Source of the DNA: an uncultured Planctomycetota bacterium
GTDB taxonomy: Bacteria > Planctomycetota > Planctomycetia > Isosphaerales > Isosphaeraceae
Direction of reading: 5' to 3'
DNA: 64,000 nucleotides
Assembly: GCA_963823665.1 (NCBI GenBank)
Contig: CAWGMQ010000004.1
Coordinates: 2,816,001-2,880,000 of the forward strand
A model generated the notes under the pieces. It did no database searches and was not told the origin of the DNA. It saw nothing but the letters and a program-made list of their open reading frames with translations. Position numbers and translations under genes: made by a program. Below are positions 52,584-62,093 of the stretch, one piece after another. Every line of letters starts with the position of its first letter. Position 1 is the first letter of the stretch.

Positions 52584-53513
52584 TCACTCGTGTTTTGCGG
52601 GGACTTCTTTCGCGGCCGCGTCGCCGATCGCGATTTCGACGCGCTGGCCGAGTTTCAGCGTGCAGGGCTCGCGGAATGCGACTTTCACGCGGAGGACGCG
52701 CGTGTCAGAGGACCGGCCGGGGTCTTCGGGGCGGAGGCGGCGAGGAACGACCACGTCGGCGATTTCCTCGACCTCGGCCCGAAAGTGGCGCGGGGGGTAA
52801 CCTTCGGCGGTGATGGTTGCGACGGCTCCCGCCGCGACTGATTCGATGTCGAATTCATCGACCTCAGCCTCGACTCGCAGGCGGTTCAAGTTGACGATCG
52901 TCAGCAGCGGGGAAGCGGCATTGACCGTTTCGCCGGGCTCGACATTGCACTCGATGATCACGCCGTCGATCGGTGCGACGATGCGGTACTTGGCCAGCTC
53001 GGCTTCGAGGCGGTCGATCGTCGCCTTGGCGGCGTCGCGGCGAGCCGTGGCGGCCGAAAGCGCGTCGCGGCGGGCGTCAGGTGGCTGCGGCTCTCTGGCG
53101 GTCACGACGGGGAGGATGCGATCCAGCCGGCTGCGAACCTGTTCCAGACGGAGGGCCACTTCGACCTCAGTCAGACGATGATGGGCTTCCCGCAGGGCGG
53201 CCTGCACTTCGTCGGAACGGAGCTCAGCCAGGGGGTCACCCTTCTTGACGGCGGCTTTTTCGTGCACGGGCATATGGACGATCGTTCCCAGGACCTCGGT
53301 GCTGACGGTGACTCGAGCACCCGGGTAGGCGACCACCCGGCCCTCGGCCGTGATTCGCGGGAACGGCCCGTCCGGTGCGATGGAATGGAGCCGCACCGGG
53401 CCGGCGTCGGCCTGGTTGGCGATCGTCCGGACCGATCGCCAGGTGACGGCGATCGCCACGACCAAACCGGCCGCGGGCAACACGATTCGGCCGAGGAACA
53501 TGGAGAAAGACAT
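52584..53513 (-). CDS. HlyD/MFP periplasmic adaptor subunit
   Basis: AEGRVVAYPG, G.I...V......KGD.L, IVAPIDG, VEAEVDEFDI, LKLGQRV. Confidence 0.88.
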   Translation of the reverse strand: MSFSMFLGRIVLPAAGLVVAIAVTWRSVRTIANQADAGPVRLHSIAPDGPFPRITAEGRVVAYPGARVTVSTEVLGTIVHMPVHEKAAVKKGDPLAELRSDEVQAALREAHHRLTEVEVALRLEQVRSRLDRILPVVTAREPQPPDARRDALSAATARRDAAKATIDRLEAELAKYRIVAPIDGVIIECNVEPGETVNAASPLLTIVNLNRLRVEAEVDEFDIESVAAGAVATITAEGYPPRHFRAEVEEIADVVVPRRLRPEDPGRSSDTRVLRVKVAFREPCTLKLGQRVEIAIGDAAAKEVPAKHE

Positions 53514-53517
53514 TGCG

Positions 53518-54198
53518 TCAAGCCTCCTGCGGCGCCAGCGTTCCGTCGCGGATCATCACGATTCGGTCGGCGATCGAATGAACAAGCGGGTCGTGAGTCA
53601 CGATGAGGAGGGCGCGGTTTTCAGAACGAGCCAGGTCACGGAACAGCGACAGTACGCGTTTTCCGCTTTCGGAGTCGAGATTACCAGTTGGTTCGTCGGC
53701 GAGAATGACAGGTGCTGGGCCGGCGATTGCGCGCGCCACCGCCACGCGCTGGCGCTGGCCTCCGGAAAGCTCGCGCGGGTGAAAGTGCTTGCGGTCGCCC
53801 AGACCGACTGCATCGAGCACCCGCTCGGCCTCCGCGCACGCCTTTGGTCCGCGCCAGCCCTTGAGATTGAGAGCGTACTGCACGTTTTCTGCGGCCGAGA
53901 GCGAAGGAAACAAGTTAAATTGCTGAAAGACAAAGCCGATCGACCGGCGGCGGATTTCCCGCAGGCGTTCCGGGCGGTCTGGCTCGAGCGCGTGTCCATC
54001 GATCATAACGCGTCCCGCGGTCGGGGTCAGCAGGCAGCCCAAGATACAAAGAAGTGTCGTCTTGCCCGAGCCCGATGGGCCGACGACCGCAACCACTTCA
54101 CCGCGTGCAACCGAGAGAGAGATTCCGCGGAGGACCGGCACAGTGAGCGTGCCGTCGGTGTATGTTTTCACCACATTCTGAGCGTCGAGCACTGCCAC
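53518..54198 (-). CDS. ABC transporter ATP-binding protein (LolD/MacB/DevA-like)
   Basis: GPSGSGKTT, IGFVFQQFNL, LSGGQRQRVAVARA, LADEPTGNLD, VTHD. Confidence 0.93.
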   Translation of the reverse strand: MAVLDAQNVVKTYTDGTLTVPVLRGISLSVARGEVVAVVGPSGSGKTTLLCILGCLLTPTAGRVMIDGHALEPDRPERLREIRRRSIGFVFQQFNLFPSLSAAENVQYALNLKGWRGPKACAEAERVLDAVGLGDRKHFHPRELSGGQRQRVAVARAIAGPAPVILADEPTGNLDSESGKRVLSLFRDLARSENRALLIVTHDPLVHSIADRIVMIRDGTLAPQEA

Positions 54199-54227
54199 GA
54201 AAAGAGATCCTTACCTGGCAAGCTTTC

Positions 54228-55356
54228 TCAACCGCGGAACACGAGCGCCGGGTCGAGCGAAGCGACCTTGCGGAACGAGAGGAAGGCAGCCCCCAGGCAG
54301 AGCACCTGCGTTCCAATAAAGACAAGCGCCGCGACGGTCGGAGACACGATCACCCTCATGTCGAGCTGGGCCAGGATGGGCGCGAGGCCTGCCGTGATCG
54401 CGAGCGCCACCGCGAACCCGAGAATCGCCGCGAACGACGCCTGTTCGGCGATGATACCATACACCGTGAAGTTACCACCGCCGATTGCCTTGACCGTTCC
54501 GAACTCGGCGAGGTGTTCGGTCGTCGACGCGTAGAGTGTCTGGGCCACGATCACCACGCCGACCAATGCCCCGAGGGCGACTGTCACGAAGACCGTGAGC
54601 CCGAGCCCGGTGTTTTCGATCCAGTAAGCCGCGCGACCGGCTGGCCCATTCGGCGCTCGAGTAGACGTCGTTGTAGGGGAGGCGGCGGCAGATCTCGCGA
54701 CGAACGGCGGCTGAGTCAGCTCCGGGCTCGAGACGGACCACAGTGAACGTCGTTCGCCCCGAGAGCTCGGCGGGCGAAAGCGATTGCGCCAGCCGGTAAT
54801 CGAGAAAGGCGATGGGGCTGGTGGTGAATGAGAGCGCCTCGCGAGTGCGGCCGATGATCTTGAGCCGGCGGCCTTGAAACTCACGGTATTCGCCGACCTG
54901 GAATGGACCGAAGCGGCGCTCGGCCGAGGAGTCGAGCATGACGTAGGCTCCTCGCCTCAAATCGGCCGGGTCGCCCGACTCGATATCCCAAGGGAAACTC
55001 CACGCGGCGAAGTTCTCGAGGCCGTAATATACAACGGTTTCCTTCGCGCCAGAGGGAAGCGTAACGATCGCGTACCAGACGATGAGGTTATCTGCTCGGG
55101 CGACGCCCGGAATCGCGCGCACTCGTTGAACATATCCGTCGGAGTAGGTATTGCCGAAATCGACGTTGGGCGTATTTCTCGCGGTGATCCAGAGATCGGC
55201 CGGTAGCTTATCGATCGTGATGCTGGCGTGATCGAGGAGTCCGAAGAACAAGCCGACCTGAACAAGCACCAGAGCGGCGGCGAACCCGACGCCGAGGACG
55301 GTGGCGGCGAATCGGGCCTTTTCGTTGAGGAGCATCTTGAGTGCCAGGTCGATCAT
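54228..55356 (-). CDS. ABC transporter permease, FtsX/DevC-like (frameshift near 54630)
   Basis: LALKMLL.EK.RF..TVLGVGFA..L..VQ.GLF.G; then YWIENTGLG...QTLYAST.EHL.EFGTVKAIG...LDPALVFRG. Confidence 0.85.
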
Positions 55357-56276
55357 CGGGTGAGTTTCTCCGGGATCGACTCGGAGCTGGGTTTGGTCAC
55401 TGGCTGGGCACCGGGGTTCGGGCCGATCAACCGTGCCACGATTGCATCCGGCAGTCGCTTGATGAGTGACGTGAGCAGGGTCATCGGCAGAGGAAAGCAG
55501 ACGAGCCCTCCCTGTCGGCGAGCGATCAATCGGGCGATGCGTGCCGCAGCGTCTTCGGCCGACATGATGAACGGCGTGGCTGAATCCATCGGTGTCATGG
55601 GCGTGGAGACGAAGCCGGGGCAGACTGTTGTAACAGTGACTCCGCAGGTTTTCGTTGCAATTCTTATACCTTCCACGTACGCGTTGACGGCGGCCTTGCT
55701 GGCGCAATAGGCGGATTCGCCTGGTAGGCCCTTGAATGCGGCGAGGCTTGAGATGGCGAGTAGGTGGCCATGTTTGCGATCGAGCATACCGGGTAGGACG
55801 GCCTCGATCGCGTAGATCACACCCATCACGTTGACGCGGATTGTATTTTCGACGTCGGTCGTGTTCAGGGGATTGAGATGGGTGGGCGCCCCGAAGCCGG
55901 CGTTGGCGACCAGGATGTCGACGGGACCGAGATGGTTTTCGACCGATGTGATCGCGTTCCGGAGAGACTGGCGATCACTGACATCAGCGGGGGCGGCGAG
56001 GGCTTTTCCGCCGGATGCGGCGATTTCTTTCGCGGTGGCTTCGAGCTCAGCCTGTCGGCGCGCGATCAGGCCGAGGCGATAGCCGGCGGCGCCGAGCTGG
56101 ATGGCGAGCGCGCGGCCGATGCCGCTTGAGGCTCCGGTGATGATGGCGACGGGTCTTGGCCGATCATTTTGCGATCGCAATCCGTTTTCTCCTCGCCATT
56201 TTTGGGCGATGGGGTCGTTTCGGCGTTTCCGTGGCGGATCGAGGGTCGCAGGGCGATTGAGCGCTTGCGAGCCCAA
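55353..56276 (-). CDS. SDR family oxidoreductase (true start possibly downstream)
   Basis: ITGASSGIG, ANAGFG, YCASKAA, CPGFV.TPM. Confidence 0.88.
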   Translation of the reverse strand: MGSQALNRPATLDPPRKRRNDPIAQKWRGENGLRSQNDRPRPVAIITGASSGIGRALAIQLGAAGYRLGLIARRQAELEATAKEIAASGGKALAAPADVSDRQSLRNAITSVENHLGPVDILVANAGFGAPTHLNPLNTTDVENTIRVNVMGVIYAIEAVLPGMLDRKHGHLLAISSLAAFKGLPGESAYCASKAAVNAYVEGIRIATKTCGVTVTTVCPGFVSTPMTPMDSATPFIMSAEDAAARIARLIARRQGGLVCFPLPMTLLTSLIKRLPDAIVARLIGPNPGAQPVTKPSSESIPEKLTR

Positions 56277-56341
56277 GCAATCATGCTCTTCGCAGGGCTG
56301 CTTTACGTCAAGGCGGACATGCCTGGGCGGTCGCTCCGAGA

Positions 56342-56582
56342 GAAACCTCGACCTTTACAGCCCGGGCATATCACCAATGACACCGAGGGAGCCCCCTTGG
56401 AGCGCCTGGACATCCATCCGTAGCCTCCAGGCCGTCGGAGGGCGTCGCAATCTTTGATCATCGGGAATTGATATCGGCCCTTCGGACGGTACCTGGATTG
56501 AGCTGTTCCAGAAAGCGCGGGTCTTCCCCGTGGATTGTGAGCGGCAGCGGTGGGTGGATGCGAGGTCAGGCGGAAGACCGTC
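56342..56582. repeat. Mosaic of short diverged fragments duplicated from the 57.5-61.9 kb region
   Basis: 56342-56440 matches 57509-57612; 56437-56466 matches 57911-57937; 56470-56535 matches 58159-58225; 56534-56582 matches 61879-61928. Confidence 0.75.
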
Positions 56583-56625
56583 TACGTCCAAAACTGCCAC
56601 CATGGTTTCTTCCGGGAACCGAAGC

Positions 56626-56865
56626 TCAGGCAGCCCCGACATCGAGCCGGAGTGCTTGCCCGCGTTTGTGCAATGCGATGATCTGGCCCGCCCGCAACGT
56701 ATGCAGGCCGTACGTCTGGCCCGAGTTGTCGCAGAACTCTACCTCGAACGCCTCGCCGCCCCCGAGCAATTCGACCACGGCGCCGACCTCCCCGGCGGTA
56801 AGGCCGAGAGACGGTCGATCCTGCGTCACGGCAACGGTGTCAAGGAGATCGATGTGCGCTGCCAT
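56626..56865 (-). CDS. DUF4926-family protein
   Basis: LLDTVAV..D.P..GL.AGEVGAVVE.L..GEAFEVEFCDNSGQTY. Confidence 0.8.
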   Translation of the reverse strand: MAAHIDLLDTVAVTQDRPSLGLTAGEVGAVVELLGGGEAFEVEFCDNSGQTYGLHTLRAGQIIALHKRGQALRLDVGAA

Positions 56866-56872
56866 TTGAGCC

Positions 56873-57010
56873 TCATCTCGGAAGTACGAAACATGTGGTC
56901 AGCCGTGCGTAATCCTCGCCCGTCCGAATGATCCATGCGGACCGCACCATCGCCTTCCCTGCTGGCGTCGCGATCTCGAAGTCGATACGGTAACGGTCCC
57001 CGCACTCGTC
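56873..57010 (-). pseudogene. C-terminal fragment of a DUF6883-like gene (usual upstream partner of DUF4926)
   Basis: Manual frame reads DRYRIDFEIATPAGKAMVRSAWIIRTGEDYARLTTCFVLPR*; no N-terminus. Confidence 0.55.
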
Positions 57011-57316
57011 GCGTCACTCGAATTCGGCCTGGCGGTCGACCGCGGCCTGCAAAATCCACTAATACACTGTCGTCATTCATCGCCCGAGTCTCCGGCCGGC
57101 AATTCCTTCGGCGTGCAGTTCAGGGGTGGGTTGTGTTGAGTGGATAACGGGGTCCAACTTTCAGGTATTCATCGGTCAATATTGCTCGGCCGGACCGCCG
57201 GAGTGCAATTCTGCCAGAAGTTCTTTGAGCGCCGCACGACCTTCCTCGAGCGAGCGGGCGTTGTAGACACGATCATACCACAGGCACGGACGGCCGAGGT
57301 TTGCTCGAGCGAAATG

Positions 57317-57550
57317 TCAATCGGACGGCTCGGCTGAGGCTCCGCACGAGACGCAAAAGTGGTAGGCTCGGCCGTCGTGCATGAGCCAAATCGTGCTGTC
57401 TCGCCCGCAGATCTCACATCGTCGCTGTTTACTCTCATCCTCCTCGGCTACGAAATGACACCGGCTGCAACGCCAGTTGGTGCGACCGTCGTCATCGACG
57501 CTCCACGTAAAACCTCGACCTTTACAGGCCGGGCATATCACCAATGACAT
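57317..57550 (-). CDS. Small Zn-ribbon protein with four CxxC
   Basis: CPAC, CSRC, CEIC, CVSC. Confidence 0.7.
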   Translation of the reverse strand: MSLVICPACKGRGFTWSVDDDGRTNWRCSRCHFVAEEDESKQRRCEICGRDSTIWLMHDGRAYHFCVSCGASAEPSD

Positions 57551-57577
57551 GGACGGAGCCCCCGTTGTAGCGTCTGG

Positions 57578-57934
57578 TCATTCATCCGTCGCCTCAAGGC
57601 CGTCGAAGGTGTCGACAGGCACCAGGCCGAATTCCAGTTTGAGCTGATCATCGAAATCGCATCGCGTGCCATCTGGGGCACGCGACAGCCACGAAATGCA
57701 AAGCTCGGCGAGGCGGGTGTCGTCGGGTATGCGATACATGTTGCCTCCCCAAGTGCCCATGTACCAGGCGCCTTCGTCGCGCGAGACCCAGAAGCTGTTG
57801 CCGGTGAGGCCGCCGTCCGCCCGCTTCTTGGAGCAGACGCAGGTGCGGTGCCAGGTGCCGTGATCTTCTACGCCGTTCGTGAAGAATCCGGCAGCGGTGA
57901 CGGCTTGTGCGAGGGCGTAGTAATCTTTGATCAT
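57578..57934 (-). CDS. Hypothetical protein
   Basis: MIKDYYALAQAV...GNSFWVS...WYMGTWGG..Y; 118 aa. Confidence 0.6.
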   Translation of the reverse strand: MIKDYYALAQAVTAAGFFTNGVEDHGTWHRTCVCSKKRADGGLTGNSFWVSRDEGAWYMGTWGGNMYRIPDDTRLAELCISWLSRAPDGTRCDFDDQLKLEFGLVPVDTFDGLEATDE

Positions 57935-58801
57935 GGGAAGGTGAGTTTTTTCAGTAAATGGGGTGTACGTGAGAGTCGATTGGAGTCTCCGGGGATTTCG
58001 GCTCATTTTCCGTACACCGAAGTCTGAGTCGATTGAAAGATCTTGTACTTCTCGTGAAGATACCTGGAAAGCCCGTCCAAGTCTGGGAACAACAAATGGG
58101 TGTTCATACCAGCAAATGAGAGATATTGCTTGATTTCGTCAACGAGCTTGGGACCTTTGATATCGACCCTTCGGACGGTTCCTGGACTGATCTGTTCCAG
58201 AGGGCGCGAGTTTTCGCCGTGGATCGTAAAGTAGCCCTGCTGGGCATGGAGGCGGTCGCTGAGCTGGAGCGGATACAGCGCCACTGGATGATCCCAGCCG
58301 AAACTAGGAAATTTGCCGACCAGGAACGAGCCGTAATCCCGCACCACGCGGTTGTCATCCTTCAGTAACTGCGGCGCGACGAGATCGCGACTACCGACGC
58401 TCTTCTCGTGCTTGTTCAGGGCATACGGATTCAGGAGCCAGACGCAGGGTTTCGCGCCGTCATTCGGCCCGTGGACGGCAAAGTAGAGCGCGACAGCGAG
58501 TGTCTCGGTCCAGTCGAGGATACGAGTTGCCAGGCCATGATGCCTCATGAAGAACAGGGTATTCCAGCCAGTGAGCGGTCATCCAGAGCCAGCTCGTTTT
58601 GGGCGTCTTTGATGTCACCGGGCGCTTCAAAACCAGCCAATTATGGGCGCTTATCGGTAGTTCAAAACCAGCCACCCCGTTCGGGTAGTTACATTGGTCA
58701 ATTCAATACAGCTCTACGGTAATCACGACTGACTGAGAACTTGCTTTGCTTGGCCGAATCGGTCTTTGACTTTTCCGGCGGAGCCGAATTGGCTCCTCAT
58801 T

Positions 58802-59725
58802 TTAACGCTTCGTTGTGGTCTTGCCTCCTCCCTTTCCGCTGGCGTTGGAGCCAGATGGCGCCTTGGCTGGTTTTGAATCTGGTGGGTTCTCTTCCGACCC
58901 GGAGGGCGCTTTGGCTGGTTTTGAATTCGAACCACCATGCTCAGAGCCGGAGGGCGCTTTGGCTGGTTTTGAATCTTCAAACCCGTTTCCGCCCGAAGCC
59001 GATTGGTGCCGCAGGCGGTAACTTCGGCCCTCCAATCGCACGAGCTCGGCATGATGCAGGAATCGATCCAAGATCGCCGTGGCACTCGGCACATCCCCGA
59101 GAAGCTTTCCCCAATCCTCGAGCGGACGGTTCGATGTCATCATCGTTGACCGTGTCTCATACCGCCGCATCACGACCTCGAAGAGACATTCACCGGAACG
59201 CCTCGGCAATTGCTTCATTCCCATGTCGTCGATGATCAACAACTCGGGCTTCAGGTACATCGTCAGCATCTTGTCCTCCTGCCCCAACACCTGATCATGC
59301 AGGAAGTCCCGGACCAGGTCGAAGACCGAGCGGTAAAGAACCGTGTAACCGGCCTTGACGGCTTGATACCCGATCGCTTGTACGAGATGGCTCTTTCCGA
59401 GGCCGGGCGGTCCCAGCCAGAGCACGTCGCGCCCTTCGCGGAGGAACCGACAGCTCGCCAAGTCGTACACCTGCTTGCGGGGGATCGACGGGTTGAACGA
59501 CCAGTCGAAGTCTTCCAACGACTTCCGCTCGCGAAACTCAGCCGCTTTGAACCGTCGCTGGAATTGGCGATCGGCTCGCACCGCCAGCTCGTCTTGAAGG
59601 ATCAGCTCAAGGAACTCGCTGTGGCTGAGGCCGTGGCCAGCGGCCTCCTGTAGGCGAATCTCCAGGCTCTCCAAGAGTCCGGAGAGCCGTAGTTGCCTCA
59701 ATACATTTCTCAGTGGTTCATTCAT
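58802..59725 (-). CDS. istB: IS21 helper ATPase IstB with a 3x SKPAKAPSGS C-terminal repeat
   Basis: LRQLRLSG, FDWSFNP, GPPGLGKSHL, LLIIDDMG, TSNRP..DW..LLGD...TAILDRFLHH. Confidence 0.93.
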   Translation of the reverse strand: MNEPLRNVLRQLRLSGLLESLEIRLQEAAGHGLSHSEFLELILQDELAVRADRQFQRRFKAAEFRERKSLEDFDWSFNPSIPRKQVYDLASCRFLREGRDVLWLGPPGLGKSHLVQAIGYQAVKAGYTVLYRSVFDLVRDFLHDQVLGQEDKMLTMYLKPELLIIDDMGMKQLPRRSGECLFEVVMRRYETRSTMMTSNRPLEDWGKLLGDVPSATAILDRFLHHAELVRLEGRSYRLRHQSASGGNGFEDSKPAKAPSGSEHGGSNSKPAKAPSGSEENPPDSKPAKAPSGSNASGKGGGKTTTKR

Positions 59726-59943
59726 GGAGAAAACTCCTGGTGTGGTGTGGAAAATGTCGTGCTCGATCTCGATCGCCGATCACAGAATCAAAATGTCATC
59801 TCCGTCCCTCTTGCCGAGCCGGAGCTGAGCCCCGTCCCCTCTTTTTCGCCGGAAACTCGGTAGCCACTGCAACGTTGTTTGCACCGTGACCGGCGGAGGT
59901 CTGCCAAGTCGATTCAGGCACTCCCGCTCAAAGCAACTCTGAT

Positions 59944-61524
59944 TCATGAGTTGTTCCCCTCGTATCGAGATTGGAATGCGTCGCGGACAAACTGGCCATA
60001 TTCACTCATTGGTCGGATCATAGGATGCTCGTTCATGAATGGCAGCAACTCTTGCTTGGGTCCCTGGCGCTTCAGGAGCGCACGGATTGTCCGGAGGCGA
60101 TACTCGCCGTAACCGTGCGCAATTTCGCAAGCGTGATCGATTGCCGAGGCGAGATGCCGGCTGGAAAGGTTCAAAAGGCCGATCAACACTCGCACTCCCT
60201 CGACTCCGCGGGCTCGGATCATCGCCTCTGCCCAAGCGGTGCTCTTGGGTCCCAGCCGAGTGGTCACTCTGCGCAGAAGCCAGGCTGCCCCTTTCTCGAC
60301 CCCGCTGATCTTATTGGGGTGAATCAGTTCAGGCGGTGTGCTGAAACGACCTGGTTCCTTCCTGAGATGCACGGCGATCTTCTCCATCCGATCGTTGTAG
60401 ATCGACACCAGGCGGCTGTCCCAGCGCACCCAGACGTCCCGGTCCCGGTATTCCGGCGGCACCGCATAGTAGGCCCGCTTGACCTCAACATGGCCATCGC
60501 GGTGGACAGTGCGGCGGCCCTCGTGGAACGACGGGAATAGACCCAATGGCAACGGTACCAGTGCCTCGCGCTCGACCTCGGCGAAATGCTTGCCGACCTG
60601 GCGACGGGTGGTGCCATGGATCCGGGTGTCAGCGACGGTCAGCTCCCAGTTCAGTAGGAAAGCATTCTGCTCCTCCAGGCTGGGGAATCGCCGTGCCTTG
60701 AGAGCGTTGCTCTGGACGTAGTCGACGCTTTTTTCGACCTTTCCCTTGTGCCGAGGTGTCCGGGGTCGCGTGGGCCAGAAGACAAAGCCGTAGTGCTCTC
60801 CGAAGGAGCGGACCTTGGGATTGAGCTCGGGATCAAACCAGTCGGCCTTCGTCACGGCGGCCTTCAGGTTATCCAGAACCAACCGTCTCGGTACGCCACC
60901 GAAGTGGCGAAAGGCACTTTCAATGCAGCGAAGGAATTCATCGGTGGTCTGGCGATAGACGGCCTCGGAGTAGGCCTTGCGAGAGTGGGACAGCACGATG
61001 CGGAAGACATGGGTTCTGCGGCGCTTGCCGTCGGTTGTGTAAACCGGAGCACCAGTGCCGAAGTCGACCTGGGCCTCCTCCCCTGGCTCACACTCAAGGC
61101 GCCGGAAGGGAAGCTCTTGTACCGGCTCGAGGCGGCGAACAAAGCGACGGACGGTGTAGTAGCTCCCCTGGAAGCCGTGTTCGGACGAGAGATCCTGGTA
61201 AATGCGTTGGGCGCTCAGGCCCTGGTTAAGCTTGGACTGAATGATGTCTCGCCAAGGCTCGCAATCGCTGAGTCGACCGCGAGCTTGGCTGCCGCGGTCG
61301 CTGGCCGAAGCGAGTGTCGGGACAGCCGCGCTTGCTGCAATTTCAGGGCCGCTCGAGCCGGAGGGCGCAATGGCTGGTTTTGGCGCCTCTCTGGCCTGCT
61401 TGAGGTAGCGAGCGACCGTCTCACGATTGATGTCCAGCTCGATGGCGATTTGGCGCTGGGACCATCCCCTGCGATGCAGGGACAAGATAGCGTCTATCAT
61501 GGCCACTTTGAGGCAATTCGACAT
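59944..61524 (-). CDS. istA: IS21 transposase IstA
   Basis: HTH SQRQIA..L.INRETVARY, PGEEAQVDFG, FGGVP..LVLDNLKAAV, KGKVEK, RIHGTT. Confidence 0.95.
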   Translation of the reverse strand: MSNCLKVAMIDAILSLHRRGWSQRQIAIELDINRETVARYLKQAREAPKPAIAPSGSSGPEIAASAAVPTLASASDRGSQARGRLSDCEPWRDIIQSKLNQGLSAQRIYQDLSSEHGFQGSYYTVRRFVRRLEPVQELPFRRLECEPGEEAQVDFGTGAPVYTTDGKRRRTHVFRIVLSHSRKAYSEAVYRQTTDEFLRCIESAFRHFGGVPRRLVLDNLKAAVTKADWFDPELNPKVRSFGEHYGFVFWPTRPRTPRHKGKVEKSVDYVQSNALKARRFPSLEEQNAFLLNWELTVADTRIHGTTRRQVGKHFAEVEREALVPLPLGLFPSFHEGRRTVHRDGHVEVKRAYYAVPPEYRDRDVWVRWDSRLVSIYNDRMEKIAVHLRKEPGRFSTPPELIHPNKISGVEKGAAWLLRRVTTRLGPKSTAWAEAMIRARGVEGVRVLIGLLNLSSRHLASAIDHACEIAHGYGEYRLRTIRALLKRQGPKQELLPFMNEHPMIRPMSEYGQFVRDAFQSRYEGNNS

Positions 61525-61827
61525 GGTGCGGCTCCAGGAAAGGGGTCTCCCGAAAGCCTACATGTCGAATCCGCGTCTCCTCATTAGTGGCTGGTTTTGA
61601 AGCGCCCCATGGTGGCTGGTTTTCGAGCGCCCGCTGTCACAGCTCGTTTTGGGCGTCCTTGATCTCGGCGAAGAATTGGTCGAGCATCGCGAAAACTCCG
61701 CGTCCGAGGCGGTAAGCGGGCGAGTAGGGAGCCGTTCAACCGCGAACAGCGTAGCACCGCGTAGCATGGGACGTAAGGGATCACTCTCGACCGGTGTCCA
61801 CGAGCGAGGGGTCGGTCACGCTCGGAC

Positions 61828-61875
61828 GACGCGGAGCGTCGGGGACAGCATTCCCACGCAGAGCGTGGGAACGAG
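61828..61875. repeat. REP-like double palindrome
   Basis: GACGCGGAGCGTC and CATTCCCACGCAGAGCGTGGGAACGAG hairpins. Confidence 0.65.
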
Positions 61876-62043
61876 GATATTGTGAGCGGCAACGGGTCGG
61901 TGGATGCGAGATCAGGCGGAACGCCGTCGGGCTCGGACGTGATCTTGATCCTCTTCGATGGGTGCGACATTTCGGAGGCGGCGCGATTGTGCATGGGCGG
62001 ACTACGTGCAACCGCAGAAACAACTGCGCGAGAAGGGCGGGGA

Positions 62044-62065
62044 GTCAGGCTAAAGCCTAACCTAC
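62044..62065. repeat. GTAG-type REP-like palindrome
   Basis: GTCAGGCTAAAGCCTAACCTAC. Confidence 0.6.
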
Positions 62066-62093
62066 AAAATGCGGGATCGCTCCTGGGGGCCGC

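Larger units (their letters stand above)
58613..61639 (-). mobile_element. IS21-family insertion sequence (about 3.03 kb)
   Basis: TG..CA ends TGTCACCGGGCGCTTCAAAACCAGCCA / TGACAGCGGGCGCTCGAAAACCAGCCA with repeated subterminal motifs; contains istA and istB; 23-bp flanking direct repeat. Confidence 0.93.
58003..61687 (-). pseudogene. FRG-domain gene interrupted by IS21 and internally deleted
   Basis: N-terminus MLDQFFAEIKDAQNEL at 61687-61640 resumes at 58589; C-terminal part MRHHGLATRILDWTE..AVALYFA..R..AQQGYFTIHG..LFPDLDGL; the FRG motif itself is missing. Confidence 0.75.

Noticed and set aside
52054..56340. Genomic island integrated at tRNA-His
   Set aside because: No integrase and no duplicated tRNA 3' end found within the window
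56470..58225. Diversity-generating retroelement TR/VR pair
   Set aside because: Mismatches are not adenine-specific and there is no reverse transcriptase in the window
58848..58974. CRISPR-like array (3 repeats, 48-bp period)
   Set aside because: Lies in-frame inside istB, the spacers are only about 17 nt, it matches the IS end motif, and there are no cas genes
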